Assembly (NCBI GenBank): GCA_030141605.1
Contig: JAQGDQ010000909.1
Span: 17,353-81,352, forward strand
Reading direction: 5' to 3'
Origin: Tubiluchus corallicola
Lineage: Eukaryota; Animalia; Priapulida
DNA length: 64,000 nucleotides
Shown here: one piece after another, positions 31,009 to 45,000 of the stretch
Layout: each line of letters begins with the position of its first letter
Numbering within the stretch: position 1 is the stretch's first letter
Position numbers and translations under genes: made by a program
Notes under the pieces: generated by a model
Told to the model about the DNA's origin: nothing
The model's database searches: none
Seen by the model: only the letters and a program-made list of their open reading frames with translations

Positions 31009-34000
31009 ATGTTCAGATATCTAGTGATGATATCACTTTGCATAGCGGTTCCGTGCGCATGCTCAATCTCTAACATCACAAAGCTTCCATGTGGCCCTCA
31101 GTGGAAAGTAAAGTGCAACAGTAACTGTTCTTTCGAAATACACGTGACGAGATACAACACGAGTGGTATACTTTGCCACGTTTGGTGTGGAGAAAATGTG
31201 TCATTGAATACAACAGTACTCAACAATATAATACAGCAAGAGCAAATTGACGTATACGAGCTGCTAATATGTACCTATCAGAACTCTGAGCTACCTGTAC
31301 GATTTCTTGAAGGAAAACAAGTGACTGAACTGCTGTTTCAATTTTCTCCCAAACTTGAAACAATTGGAGAAAATGCTTTCCTTGGAGATGTTAGAACTTT
31401 GTACATACACTATAATTACAAATTGAAATCCTTGCATCCTAGAGCTTTTGCCAAGTTGACGAATCTCTCAACTTTACATATTACCTACTCAAAGTACTTG
31501 GATATACAACGTCTGGACTTTTCTGAAAATCCCAAGCTTTTGATGCTAACTATAGCGAAAACGGCTACAGATTTTTTAGCAAAACCAAAATTCCATCCAA
31601 ACATGTCACCTGGGAAAGCATCCCTGCATTTCTTAGGTAAGTTTTTTGTCAGTGAATTAACAACATTAATTAATTTTTGAAAGAAAATGCTCAATAAACA
31701 ATTTAAGAAAATACTATTGAACAAAAGGGGGCACCACTTATGTTTCAAAATATAATATGCTTTTTAGGTTACTTACTTGTAATCCTAATCTGAAGATTGT
31801 TATTACTGGTGGCATCAGTAAAATTGAAACAGATCTTGAAAAAAGGGAACATGAATAAACGGCCATCTCGCGAAGAATTTGAAAAGGAGAAAGAGGAGGA
31901 TTGTTGAAGACGAGGAAAGTGATGATGATGACAATGATGCAATGACGACGATGATGACGATAATGACAAATGTGGTGATGAAGATGGCAAAGATGATGAT
32001 GGTGATGCCGATCATTACGATGATGATAATGATAATGATGATAACAATGATGAAGAAGATGATGATTACGAGGAGGATTATGGCGACAATGAAGACAAGA
32101 AGGAAGGCTGGTAACACAATAACAATAACAATGCTCTTTACTTAAAATCAGTCTTCATTTTAATGGTAAATATAAGCCTAAAGAACTACCTTGTAACTGA
32201 AACATTCATTTGTCTTTTTAGATAATAAACTGATCTGTAATTGCTCCATGCGATGGACAAAGGAACTGAACTGGAAACGTTCCACTATACAATGTAAAGA
32301 ACCATCAACATCTCGCATGAGGCTGGAAGATTTTGACTACCTGTGTTACGGCATTCCAACAGGACCTACCACAATGTATCCACCATCAACGCCTGCTCCA
32401 CAATTGCCAAATTTGTGTGGTGATGAAATACCACCAATCATCTGTGTAATTGTCAACAGAAATCCATGCAGGATAGTGTGTGGTAAATTTTCCTGGCTTT
32501 ATTTATACAATGTACTGATGATAAGGGATGGTTTGCCCGCTTATGTGGAACATTTTGAGTTGTGGAATTACGTAGAAATCCACTTTCCGAGACCGTTCTT
32601 CGAAAAAAAGTCATTTAGTGTGCTACAGGTACACCAGTTAAGTATGGAACGCCTGAGAGCCTCGTTTCTACATGCCAATGTTACATCTTCTATATGGTTA
32701 ATAAACAATGACAATCTAACTTATATCAACCCAAAAGCATTTAGCAGTATGGAATATGTTAGAAGTATTCACATAATCGGTTGCAAAAAGCTGACTACTC
32801 TAAACTTGAACTTATCCTATAATCACAGGCTTACAAATATTGTAATATCGGAAACTGGACTACAGCGCATGGACATGCCCGTCTTGCATAGTCAAACTTT
32901 GCCAGAAAAGATGATCTTGTCTCTTACAAGTAAGTACTTTTATGCAAAAGAAAATTGTTGATCTAGTGTGAAAAATTGCTCTCGTAGATTTGTATGACAT
33001 CTTCGTGACAAACACAATAGGTGGTAACTTTGGCGATCAAAGATAAACAAACGTGGGCCTAGTAAGTGGGGCGAGTACGTAACATTTGGGCACAGTCACG
33101 TGAGCTCCAGACATTTGGGATCAAAGCACTTGGGCAAAACACACTTGGAGACAGCGCCACTTGTTCACGAGTCATTTGGATATCAACAAAATTTAATGTT
33201 GTACTTATTTTTTTCTTAATTGAATATTTAGCGACTTTTTAATTTACTAACTCGTCCGAACTGTCGTCCTAAACGTGCACAAAAAGTCGTGGCTAATTTT
33301 CCAGCACCCAAATGACCGGTTTCAGATTTTCTGTCCCAAGTAGAATGAACACGTAAACCATCGAAAAGAATTACATCCGTTCAGTTTCATGCCACATTGC
33401 TCCAGGTATTACACTGCGAATGCAATCCAAGGTGGTTGAAATAACTTTTATGCACCTTATCGTAGAGTATTATCTTGGTTGCAGCACAATCCTTTTAGCT
33501 AACCAGACCAGCTGTTGTGTGCTTGATTCTTGCTTTATGCACTTTACGTACAATGATTGTGTTGATTATTTTTGCTATGTATGTCTGCAAAACCAGATAT
33601 CATTTTTAATAGTGGACTCAGTCAACACTGAACTAGCTTGACAAGAACACTGCATCTGATAGATATTCATTTACAACGCTTTATGTCACATGCTCGTAAC
33701 GTTTTTCCTAATTTTCAAGTCGATTTTCTATCTAATATTTAATAGTTGGAACTCCTAGCAAAGAGGGGAAATGAAGGAAATCAGAAAACGATTTAAAATT
33801 CTGGCTGTCAACTGATGGTATTTCACACGGCAGTCTGTAGATGTTTTTCTCTATTGAGTGACATTTGACAGAAGTGCCTAACTTTGTTGATGAATATTAT
33901 ATTAGTACACAACATTCTCTACAAAACTTTACCTTAAAAGGAGCTCTACAGAAATGTCATGTCAAATGAAGAAAATATGACCGGTCTTTGCCATTTTAAG

Positions 34001-37000
34001 CCAATGTAATGGCACCTTTTCATTATATTTTGCGGACTGGACAGAATGCAATTGCCTTGCAGACAATTTCACAAACATGGCTATTCTCTGCATATTCCAA
34101 GATACAGTAGGTCACAGCAATTATTTATCCTTCTAAATGTGTTTGGTGGAGTGCTGATTGGCGAAGAAGTGCAAAATATTAGAAACGACCAATCAGAAAT
34201 AAGCATTGAACCTGACAGAATTCACATGTAGGAAGTTGCATTTTAATTTCAAATGTGAGATGCAATACCTTACACTTGGCTGGGCCTATATACATTACAG
34301 GAAAAATTAGTTAATCATTGTGCAATAGGCAAAATGCCCACATTACAATACGTATTCTAATCCATAGTCTTCCACTTTCAGACAATCCACTGTACTGTAA
34401 TTGCAGCATGGAGTGGACAAAAACCAGAAATTGGAGAGATTCACAAATTGACTGTGAAACACCACCGAGAAAGCATACGATAAACGAAATACAAATTGGA
34501 GAATTTATTGGATGCATGAAGGCAGACTGTGGAATCGAACTTCACCGATGTATTGTAGTGGAATTCCTGGATGAACGAGGAGGATGTTTTGTTGCTTGTG
34601 GTTATTACGAAAAAATCTATGCAGCTGATCTGACACTGATATTAAGTTCACTGCCTTACTGGACACGACGCTTTTGTATTGCTAATTACCAAGGCAAGGA
34701 ACTGCCTAGAAATTTCTTGAATTCAAAGAACGTTGATGAACTTGAAATTGTGGATTCCGAAATTGAGCAACTTAACGATGCATCAATTTATGGCACCCTT
34801 AATGAAGCAATAAAGTTGAAACGTCTCCGAAAATTAACAACAATTTTTCCCAAGGCATTTGAACGAATAAATACCGTCAAACGAATCATAATCCACACTT
34901 GTCCAAATCTAAAAACAGCAAATCTAGATTTATCAAACAATTTGATGATAAGTATGATTGACATCAGAAAAACAGGACTGGAGCACCTGGATATGCCAAA
35001 GCTGCACCCGTCGAGGCCATCCCAGTTAATTTCCCTAGAATTAGCAGGTAAGTGAAAGAATTTCCAACTTGAGCTACGATCTCTACAAACATGGTTGCCA
35101 GGATGGCATCAATTCAAATGCATTAACGAATTAAAGCAAAACCTAAAATTGATACGCTATTACATAGAAATTTACTTATTAATCCTGATTAGAATAAAAC
35201 TACTTTTCAAATAGTACATGAATTTATAAAAGCAACTAAACGATTCAGCAAACATTAGTAAAAATTTGAATAGCTATACTGCAGTTAACTCACTTTTAAA
35301 ATATTGGTATCTGATTGCAAAATGTCTCAACTTTATATAAGGCCTTCTCATTCTTAAGAACTGTTCATCAGGCTTTTATGAAAATAAAATAAGTTTATAT
35401 AAGGAATGGCTGTTAGTACTTGTACGGGGAAAGTTAGCGCTCTAAAAGTCAATGCTGTTTTATCAAAAAAAGGCAGATAAATTATTGGATGATCCTAATA
35501 ATCTGAATAATCTGAAGAACTTTTATTTTTTCCCAGCAGGCTTTTAAAATCGCTACCATGTTTTTCAGGCAATTCTATTCCATGTGGATGCTCTCTCTTC
35601 TGGGCACGAGGTAGAAACTGGAAAGATTTTACTGTTAAATGCTTATATTGCTACAAATACGACTGCAGGTATATTCCACCTGTTGGAGGGTGGCTTTATT
35701 GCAAAGAGGCATGCATAACTAGGTGGCTCTCTAATGAAGACATTTCACAATGTGAACCAACTACAAGCACACTGATACCACCTTCAGTAACGCCAACAAG
35801 TGTCTCCTTTTATCCATGTGATGTTCCCATGGCAGAATGCAGGTCTTGGGACTCAAAGGCGTGGTCTGCACTTGGTGAATGCAATGTTGTATGTGGTGAG
35901 CTCGATGCAAAGCTGTTCGAGGAAAAACTAACTTTGATTTGGAAGGTGTTGCCATGCGAGATGGAGACGCTGAACATTTTGAATTACAAGTCTAAGCAGC
36001 TGCCTGCAAAATTTCTTGATAAAAAATACGTGGCTGAGTTGACTATCATGCAGTCTGATTTAGAAGAATTAGGAGCAAATGCAATGTATGGTCATATCGA
36101 ATCAAGCATAACGATTTCTCATAATGACAAGTTAAAGGCAATTCACTCAAAAGCCTTTTACAAGGTTTATAAAGTAAAACAGATAATCATCATTGATTGT
36201 AAACAGCTAGTAAATGCAGACCTGGACCTGTCCAACAACTATAAGATTGCATCAATCATCTTCATACGGACAAGCATTCAATACATGCAAAAACCAATAC
36301 TTCACAAACAAAGAAATCCCACAGATATATTACTACAATTAAAAGGTATGTTTGCTTTTTCAAAATTTTAGCATGGACAATCAGAAAAAATGCCTGTTTG
36401 ATATGATGTTATGCTATATAAAGAAGGGATGAAAATAGTCAGTAAAAATTGATGAAACAACTTAATGTACCAATTCATTAATATGAGGTTTGTTCAATAA
36501 TAAAAAGGTATAAGTATGAGATTCTACGGAACATTGTGATAAACATGAACTTGTTTGTGTTTAACACCACTGACTGTTAGTACACTGCATAGTACTGCGC
36601 TTAACAGAACGGTATTAAAGCAGTACACATTCAGTAGAGCCTGCCACTGAGTGGTGAATTCAGTTAGCAGAGTGATAAACTGTTGTGGCGATCGCTGGCA
36701 TCTATTAGAATTACATAGAACATTGTAGAATGTTCTGGAAATAACTTCTAGAAGTTTCTCAGGCACGCTATATAAGGCGAAGCAGGCCGCTGAGGGGGAG
36801 ACACGCAGATTCACACGGACGCCATTTACACATTCTCTTGTATACTTGTATTTTCAGATACACTTAAACGTTTTCCGGATTTTCACGTTTACTGTAATCA
36901 TTTCGCGTTCCTTCATACTTTTGTGTTGTAGAATTCTCGCTTAATAAGCTAGTTTAATTTGATGAAGTGTTTTTTGGTTTTCTCTACGAGCCTTCCGGGA

Positions 37001-37407
37001 GAAACAAAACACAACATGAACTGTATTTAAAAACACAACAGCTAAATCTCAGTCTGCTTTGAAATTGACTAACAGTCAGATGGCAATTCTGAAATCTTGC
37101 AAATTGTGCACGTTTTCAGCAATGAGAAGTTACCTACACGACTTTTTCACTTTTTTCAGCCAGCCCCTTGCACTGCAACTGTAGCATGGAATGGCTGAAG
37201 TCGGAATGGTGGATTGCTTCACTGTTCGATTGTGCAAGCCCACGATACCAGCACGACAAAGAAGAAATGCCATTGTCATTGTTCTGTGATCCTGAGAATC
37301 CTGCAAATCATTATATCGTTTCTCACTCTGCTGCTGTTGAAGCTTCAAAAATACAATTTGTTTGCTTCTGCTTATTTAAAGTTTTTCTTTCGAGTGTAGA
37401 CCATTAG
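31009..37407 (+). CDS. Gene B: 5-exon, 4-module cysteine-capped LRR protein, ~1008 aa, signal peptide, GPI-signal-like tail
   Basis: Exons 31009-31636, 32222-32929, 34382-35047, 35569-36345, 37160-37407 (628/708/666/777/248 nt). Junctions translate FL-D-NKLICNC, LT-N-NPLYCNC, LA-G-NSIPCGC, LK-A-SPLHCNC. Donors GTAAGT/GTATGT; pyrimidine-rich acceptors. Confidence 0.87.
31895..32100. repeat. Degenerate (GAT/GAC/GAA)n repeat in intron 1 of gene B; equivalents in A (~40007-40180), C (~49370-49550) and the mirror copies
   Basis: Read directly; same intron position in all five 5-exon copies. Confidence 0.85.
36552..37016 (+). mobile_element. Solo LTR in intron 4 of gene B
   Basis: Starts TGTTTGTGTTT, ends AAACACAACA. 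6-bp TSD TGAACT at 36546-36551 and 37017-37022. Not seen in intron 4 of A or C. Confidence 0.7.
36727..36775 (+). promoter_or_regulatory. Two 3-pentamer heat-shock elements followed by a TATA box inside the solo LTR
   Basis: aGAAt-gTTCt-gGAAa (36727-36741), cTTCt-aGAAg-tTTCt (36745-36759), TATATAA (36769-36775); mirrored at ~9926-9974. Confidence 0.65.
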
Positions 37408-39074
37408 GAACATGGACAGCGTTTGTGGATGCTTCTAGTTTTGCTTTTAGTTTTATGGCTTCGTGATAAAAACGTAAGGTCAAATAGAGCGTAGTTGTTT
37501 GTATATAATTTCATTGTTCACTTTCTGAAATATTTTTCTCTCTAGCAGAAGTTGATCCCCATATGGTAACAATACTCAAAAACAAGTTTGATTATAGCTT
37601 TAACATTTCAGCTCGCTATAATATGTTTTTTATTGAAAAAAAATTATCTTAGGAAGGATCTACGTGATCAGGAATCATCCTTAGTAACCATTTCAACAAG
37701 GAGGTGGAATTTGTTCTTGTCAGGATTTTTTAATGAGAAATTATGTTGGTGAGGAGGGCAGGACGGTCGGAAACTTATTGGAGATATTGTCATTAACCAA
37801 ATTGTTTTTGCAATGTAAACCAACATCCACTAGAGAAAGCAATGCTGGGATGTAAATGGTTAATTTTCGTGCAAATGATTTGATGATTTGACTTTATTTG
37901 ACAAAAAGACAACACATCATTGGTATGATACTTCATACATACAAAAATGGCGATTTGAAAGCTTGCTATACATTAAATAGTAATAACTAAGAATTGCTAT
38001 CACTTTACAAAATTGATCATATGATGTCGAAATGTCATTTATTTTCACCCCACCCCCACATTGTGTTGGTTCGATCCATTACGAGGTAATTGCACATAAT
38101 AATGCTTAGCAACTACAAATAGCTGGTATAGAATGGCCTTGTGGTTTCAGTCGGTGAACCGTTGTGTTCTTAATGTGTTTTTAATATCTCAGCACCTGTT
38201 CCGTTCTTATCAACGCGATATAGATTCTTGGCAAATCGCTTTTTATTTTCAATTTTGGAGTTTTATGCGTTATCGGCACCATTGTTACATTCTTAAAAAG
38301 TACTTTCAAATTTTATAAAAAATTGTTGTGAAGTTAGCCAAAGTTGAACAATAGCAATATTTTTGTTTCATTTTTCATTAGATATATAAAATGTGGTGTA
38401 AAATATTCTGTTAGGCTGCACGAAACATCACATGGTGTACTAATCAAAATTAGATGAAAATATGCTGCCGTAAAACAATATGGCTCTCTTGACAAATTGA
38501 TCAAATTAATTAAATAAGTAAGCAAAAAAACCTGCCATTGGTTCTTCATTTTTTTTTATTAAGGCAACGTTTTGAGCTGTATCTTGTCCTCTACTCAATA
38601 TAACCATGTCGATATTTTTCTTTGTTCTAGTTTGCGATGAGGAGTGACAATGGTTGCAAAAGTTTTCATTGTTTGCAATGTTGAATGTATATTCTATTAG
38701 TTTGTTCTTTCCTCATACGCCCATGTGTGACGAATGATGTTATTTTTATGACTCTGGGATTATGTTGTTCCAATTTTTTCTTGGTATTATTAGTTAATGC
38801 TAAGAAATTACAAACAATGTGGATTCACTAAAACTGCATTGTTTAAGAAAACAACTTGTGTGTAATTATCAATTACTAAGAAATCAGTCCATTGTCTCCG
38901 AAACAATGAATTTTGCTGCTTCTTTTTGTGTTGTGTTCGAATAAAATTCGACAAAAATTTACTTTGAAACCAGCTCAATGTAGATCTCAAATTCAGCGTA
39001 TTGAAAACGATTTGCCTACATGGTCAATTGTATATGGTTTTTATTTATTGCACATTAATGACATTTTGTGTGAC

Positions 39075-42000
39075 ATGCTCAGCTATCTTGCAATGATATC
39101 ATTTTGCATAGTGGTCCCAACTGTGTACACAGACTCCAAAATCAGAAAGCTTCCTTGTGGACCTCAGTGGAAAATAAAATGCCACAGTAACTGTTCATTT
39201 GAAACGCACGTGACTAGCAACAGCACAAGTGGTAAGCTTTGCCAGGTTTGGTGTGGTGAAAACGTATCACTGAATGCAGCAGTGCTCAATTACGTACTCC
39301 AACAGCAGCAAAATGACTTATACAGATTAACAATATGTGCCTATCAGAGCAGTAAGCTGCCTGCTCGATTTCTTCATGGAAAACGTGTGTCCAAGCTGCA
39401 ATTTCAATATTCACCAAAACTCGAAACCATTGATGAAAATGCTTTCCATGGAGATGTCAGAACATTGTATATACACTTTAACAATAAACTGAGAACTCTG
39501 CATCCCAGAGCTTTTGCCAAAATGGAGAATCTCACAAGATTAATTATTACGTACTCCAGATATTTGGATATACAAAGTCTGGATTTTTCAGGAAATCCTA
39601 AACTTTCATGGCTAACAATAGCCAAAACGGCCACGGATCTTTTAGCAATACCACGCTTCCATCCAAATATGTCACCTGGGAAGTTAACCCTGCAATTTTT
39701 AGGTATGTTACGTTACAACTGCGTTGCTAATATTAACTAATGTTTAAGAAAAGAAAGTACTTCTGAACGAAAGGGTGCACCACCACAAATTCAGAATTTC
39801 ATATGCCTTTTTGTTTAATTCATTATAATTGTAATGTCAAGATTATTAATAATGTGGTATAAACCGCGATTAGTAAAATTTGAAGCAGAACTCGAAAAAA
39901 GGTTACTGTGGAAAATTCGGGCTCAAGGCGAATTTGAACCAGGTATCTCCTGCACACAAGACAGAAGCCACGTTTGCTGAAACCTTGTTCACCAGTGGTC
40001 ATACAGATGACAATGAAAATGATGGTAATAATAACGAAAACAACAACGAAGATGATGACGATAATAAACACGTTGATGTTGATGACGATAATAAACACGT
40101 TGATGTTGATGATGATGTTAATGATGATGATGGTTACGTTGATGTTGATGATGATGTCTTTGTGACGGTGACGATGGTGGACACAAAAAAAATTATAATA
40201 AAGTAAAGACTATAATAATCTTTATTCCAAAGCCAATTTTAACAATAATAACGAACACAAGCTGAAATATCCTCACTGTGATTATTATATTTGTCATTTT
40301 AGAAAATCAACTCATATGTAATTGCACCATGCGATGGACAAAGGAACTGAACTGGAAACGTTCCACTATACAATGTAAAGAACCATCAACATCTCACATG
40401 AGGCTGGAAGATTTTGACTACCTGTGTTATGGCATTCCAACAGGACCTACCACAAAGTATCCACCGCCAACACCTGCTCCACAATTGCCAAATTTGTGTG
40501 GTGATGAAATACCACCAATCATCTGTGTAATTGTCAACAGAAATCCATGCAGGATAGTGTGTGGTAAATTTTCCTGGCTTTATTTATACAATTTGCAGAT
40601 GATAAGTGCTGGTTTGCCCGCTTATGTGGAACATTTTGAGTTGTGGAATTACGTAGAAATCCACTTTCCGAGACCGTTCTTTGAAAAAAAGTCACTTAGT
40701 GTGCTACAGATACACCAGTTAAGTATGGAACGCCTGAGAGCCTCGTTTCTACATGCCAATGTTACATCTTCTATATGGTTAATAAACAATGACAACCTAA
40801 CTTATATCAACTCAAAAGCATTTAGCAGTATGGCATATGTTAAAAGTATTCACATAATCGGTTGCAAAAAGCTGACTACTCTAAACTTGGACTTATCCTA
40901 TAATCACAGGATTACTAATATTGTAATATCGGAAACTGGACTACAGCGCATGGATATGCCTGTCATGCATAGTCAGACGATGCCAGAAGATGTTATCCTA
41001 TCTCTTACGAGTAAGTATTACAGGGCAAAGTGTTACTAGGCAAGCAGACTAGGTTAGTAAAGTTAGTACAAAGAATTTACTCTTATTGCATTATATTTGA
41101 ATTCCCAGTAAACAAAGAGTTCTTTTTTATCTGGAATAAAATGTCGTTTCACCAAAATTGAAATACACACTAGTGTTTACTTATTTTTCCTTTATAGTAA
41201 ATTATAACTGTTGTCACAGCAAAGATGTTTTTCTACAGTTGCTACTGCACATCACCCCATTCCTGCTCTCCAGTGATTCCTCCCCCTGAACAAGGAATGG
41301 AGAATGGGTGACCAGGCAGTCTATAACTGCTGTATCATTATCTAGTATAAAATTATTGAATGAATAACATTGTTGAACAATATTTGTGTACATTATACTA
41401 AACAGAATTCTATGCAAAAGCAGCTCGAAAGAAGTGCCAATAAAAAAAAGAAAATGCTTTAGGCTTTACCATGCTGAATTAATGTAACGGTACATTTTTA
41501 TGTCATTTCATGGACTGTACAGACTACAGGCTTTGCAGTAGACCATTTCAAAATTATGGCTGTTCACTCAACGTGTCAAAGTACAGCAGATCATAGGGGC
41601 TTTTTTAACCTCCTCGATTAAGTGTGGTTGGCAAAGTGCTGACCCAACCAATCAGAAGTGACAATTGTTAGAATTGACCAGTCAGAAGGATGTGCTTAAG
41701 CTGACAGAATTCAAGAGTTGAAGTTTGCATTTTAGTGAAGAGGTAACATGCAGTACATCACCCTTGGCTGAGGTCATATACCTTGCCGCAAAATTTATAC
41801 AATTGTTGTACAATACGCACTGTACCCACACTACAATGTTGCAATCCATGTTTTTATACTTTCAGACAATCGACTGTACTGTAATTGCAGCATGGAGTGG
41901 ACAAAATCCAGAAACTGGAGAGATTCACAAATTGACTGTGAGACACCACCGAGAAAGCATACGATAAACGAAATACAAATTGGAGAATTTATTGGATGCA

Positions 42001-45000
42001 TGAAGGCAGACTGTGGAGTCGAACTTCCCCATTGTATTATCGAGGCATTCCTTGATGAACGGGGAGGTTGTTTGGTTACTTGTGGTTATAATAGAAAAAT
42101 CTATGCAGCTGATCTGACACTGATATTAAGTTCACTGCCTTACTGGACACGACACTTAATTATTGCTAACTACCAAGGCAAGGAACTGCCTAGAAATTTC
42201 TTGAATTCAAAGAACGTTGATGAACTTGAAATTGTGGATTCCGAAATTGAACTACTTAACGATGCATCAATTTATGGCACCCTTAATGAAGCAATAAAGT
42301 TGAAACGTCTCCGAAAGTTAACAAAAATTTTTCCCAAGGCATTTGAACGAATAAATACCGTCAAACGAATCATAATCTACACTTGTCCAAATCTAAAAAC
42401 AGCAAATCTAGATTTATCAAACAATTTAATGATAAGTATGATTGACATAAGAAAAACAGGACTGGAACACCTGGATATGCCAAAGCTGCACCCGTCGAGG
42501 CCATCCCAGTTAATTTCCCTAGAATTAGCAGGTAAGTGAAAGATTTTGAAGAGAGCTAGCTGGTGTAAGAAGCGTTTACGATAACGGGAGTCCAAACAGA
42601 TAAAACAAGATCAACTTTGGGACGAAGCAGACGAAACGTGTCGCAGAATGAAGTAATTTCAGTCATGTGTAACATTGGATTTTAAATTTACAGAAAAAAT
42701 TGTTGTGATAAAAATAATATCAATAGACATTTTTAGCTTTGCGACTACGTACATGAAAGCATAATTAAACACGAGGGTTAAGAGAGCTCATAAATTCACA
42801 AATCCTTCATGGCTCAAGAGGCCCTACGTTGATGTTTCGACGAAGTGCCCACCATAATGCAACACCAATCCACAAAAATTTAATAAGAAAAAAAAGGAAC
42901 AGATTAAATATAGTCATGTCAACATTTGACATTGTTTGCAAAAGTGACAATACCCACTCATGTTAATATATTTCCTCAATTAAGCACAATTCATAAAATT
43001 GTAAATCACATTTCTCCTTCTTTCTTGAGTTACTGACCCCAATTATTAGAGATATATCTGCATATTTGTTGAGAAACCATGACAATTTATCTTTATATCA
43101 AGTTTGCTGCAATGACTTCCGGTCGTCTTTCTTTCCTGCAACCGCATTCGACTGGAACAATTTATCCTCTTATCTAAGAACAACTCCTACCATCAGTGCT
43201 TTTTTCCACACAGCTAAGAAACATCTCAATTTTTTCAAGAGACCAAACAAAGTCTTATTCTCTTTGTACCCTACCATATAACATTCATCACATGCGTTTG
43301 AGGTTGAGATTTTCCATCCCAGTTTATTTCGCTAGAATTAGCAGGTAAGTGAAAAAATTTCCAACTTGAACTACGATCTCTACAAACATGGTTGCCAGGA
43401 TGGCAACAATTCAAAAGCATTACTTTTGCTTCAAATGCATTACTTTGCATTACTACAAATACACAAATTCATGTACTTTTCAAATAGTACATGAATTTAT
43501 TAACGAATTAAAGCAAAACCTAAAACTGATGCACTATGACATAGAAATTTACTTATTAATCCTGACTAGAATAAAACTACTTTTCAAATAGTACATGAAT
43601 TTATAAAAGCAACTAAACGATTCAGTAAACATTAGTAAACGTTTGAATAGCTATGCTGCAGTTGACTCACTGTTTTAAAATATTGGTATCTGATTGCAAA
43701 ATGTCTCAACTTTATATAAGGCCTCCTCATTCTTAAGAACTGTTCATCAGGCTTTTGTGAAAATAAAATATGTTTATATAAGGAATGGCTGTTAGTACTT
43801 GTTTAGGGAAAGTTAGCTCTCTAAAAGTCAACGCTGTTTTGTCAGAAAAAGGCAGATAAATTATTGAATAATCCTAATAATCTGAATAATCTGAAGAATT
43901 TTATTCTTTCCCAGCAGGCTTTTAAAATCGCTACCATGTTTTTCAGGCAATTCTATTCCATGTGGATGCACTCTCTTCTGGGCACGAGGTAGAAACTGGA
44001 AAGAGTCTACTGTTAAATGCTCATATTGCTACAAATACGACTGCAGGATTGTTCCACCTGTTGGGGGGTGGCTTTATTGCAAAGAGGCATGCATAACAAG
44101 GTGGCTCTCTAATGAAGACATTGCAGAATGTGATGCAACAACAAGCACACTGATACCATCTCCAGGAACGCCAACAAGTATCTCATTTTATCCATGCGAT
44201 GTTCCCATGGCAGAATGCAGGTCTTGGGACTCAAAGGCGTGGTCTCGACTTGGTGAGTGCAATGTTGTATGCGGAGAGCTCGATGCACAGTTGTTCGAGG
44301 AAAAACTAATTTTGATTTGGAAGGCATTGTCATGCTGGGTGCAGACATTGAAAATTTTGAATTACAAGTCGAAGCAGCTACCTGCACAATTTCTTGATAG
44401 AAAGGATGTGGCTGAGTTGACTATCATGCAGTCTGATATAGAAGACATAGGAGAGAATGATATATATGGTTACTTCATGTCAAGTGTCACGTTGTCTCAC
44501 AATGACAAGTTGAAAACAATTCATCCAAAAGCCTTTTACAAATTGAAATCCATAAAACAGATAATCATCATCGATTGTAAACAGCTAGTAAGTGCAGATC
44601 TGGACCTCTCCAACAATGACAAGATTGCATCAATCATCTTTACACAGACAAACATTCAACACATGCAAAAACCGATGCTTCACAAACGGAGAAATGCTAG
44701 AGATATATTATTATTTTTAAAAGGTAAGTTTGGTTTTCGAAATTTTATTTTGGACAAATAGCAAAAAAATCTACTGGATACAAGATTTTGCTAAGCAAGG
44801 AAAAGAGAAAAATATACAATAAAAATTGTTACAATCTGACTGTTAAAAATGTTGAAAGAAATCAATCACTAAAGCACTATGTAAATAAATGTTCGTTTAA
44901 TTTAACTCAGTATAATTGAATACAACTTTTGTGTTCCTCTAAGGAGGGTGTATTTGCTTGTAATAACTATCAGCGCCTGGTTTTTGGTGCAGTAGTGCTG

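Noticed and set aside
39880-40206. Asp/Asn-rich and Met-rich ORFs in intron 1 (also 6460-6786, 31879-32145, 49316-49562)
   Set aside because: They overlap degenerate GAT repeats, are not conserved in frame between paralogues, and exon 1-2 splicing is complete without them.
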